Below, piece after piece: positions 63,812 to 64,000 of a stretch of DNA of 64,000 bases (its first letter is position 1; each line of letters begins with the position of its first letter). The translations under genes and the position numbers were made by a program. The stretch is taken from positions 176,351,701 through 176,415,700 of the forward strand of contig NC_068981.1 of NCBI RefSeq assembly GCF_001194135.2, given 5' to 3'. The notes beneath the pieces are model-generated. The model worked only from the letters and a program-made list of their open reading frames with translations, was not told the DNA's origin and made no database searches. This DNA comes from Octopus bimaculoides (lineage: Eukaryota).

Positions 63812-64000
63812 AATGATGGTGATGGTGATAATGATGATGGTGATGGCGGTCGTGGTCGTGGTGTGATGATCGTGATGATGACCACAACAACAGCGCCATC
63901 TATGACAAAGAAGAGGAAGATGGTAATTAGGACCTTGATAACAATAATGATGGTGGTTATAATGATGAGGATGATGATGATGATGATGACAGTGATGATG
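63700..64000. repeat. (GAT)/(GGT)n tract
   Basis: Direct reading. Confidence 0.9.

Noticed and set aside
208-64000. Most ORFs in the six-frame track (poly-YI, CV/HT, poly-D/M/I/L/H/N/S, SIYL)
   Set aside because: They are translations of di-, tri- and tetranucleotide microsatellites or run through N gaps; no domain content.

Overview
AT-rich, microsatellite-saturated animal DNA from a short-read scaffold with many N gaps. The repeat content looks like an Octopus (coleoid cephalopod) genome; this is inferred from the repeat families, not from a search. No host gene can be called with confidence, and nearly all listed ORFs are translated microsatellites, gaps or repeat fragments. The window holds dozens of copies of three main retroposon families. 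Family A is a tRNA-headed SINE with an internal (TA)n(TG)n tract. Family B is a tRNA-headed SINE with a GAAATAA tail. Family C has a (GAT)n tail and internal tandem modules. It also holds decayed Tc1 (DD34E), maT (DD37D) and two rearranged mariner elements, hAT and piggyBac-like MITEs, an RTE reverse-transcriptase remnant, and an R4/Dong-like 3' end inside (TAA)n. Two signals stand out. (1) An unlisted 56-codon open frame at 40034-40204 (+) reads as signal peptide + propeptide + RR + CC-X5-C-X5-C-Gly-stop, with a splice acceptor before it and AATAAA after it; it is a candidate terminal exon of a conotoxin-like amidated peptide precursor. (2) Several minimal type I hammerhead-ribozyme-like motifs sit in Penelope-like remnants next to (TA)n, including a three-copy family with a non-canonical core.
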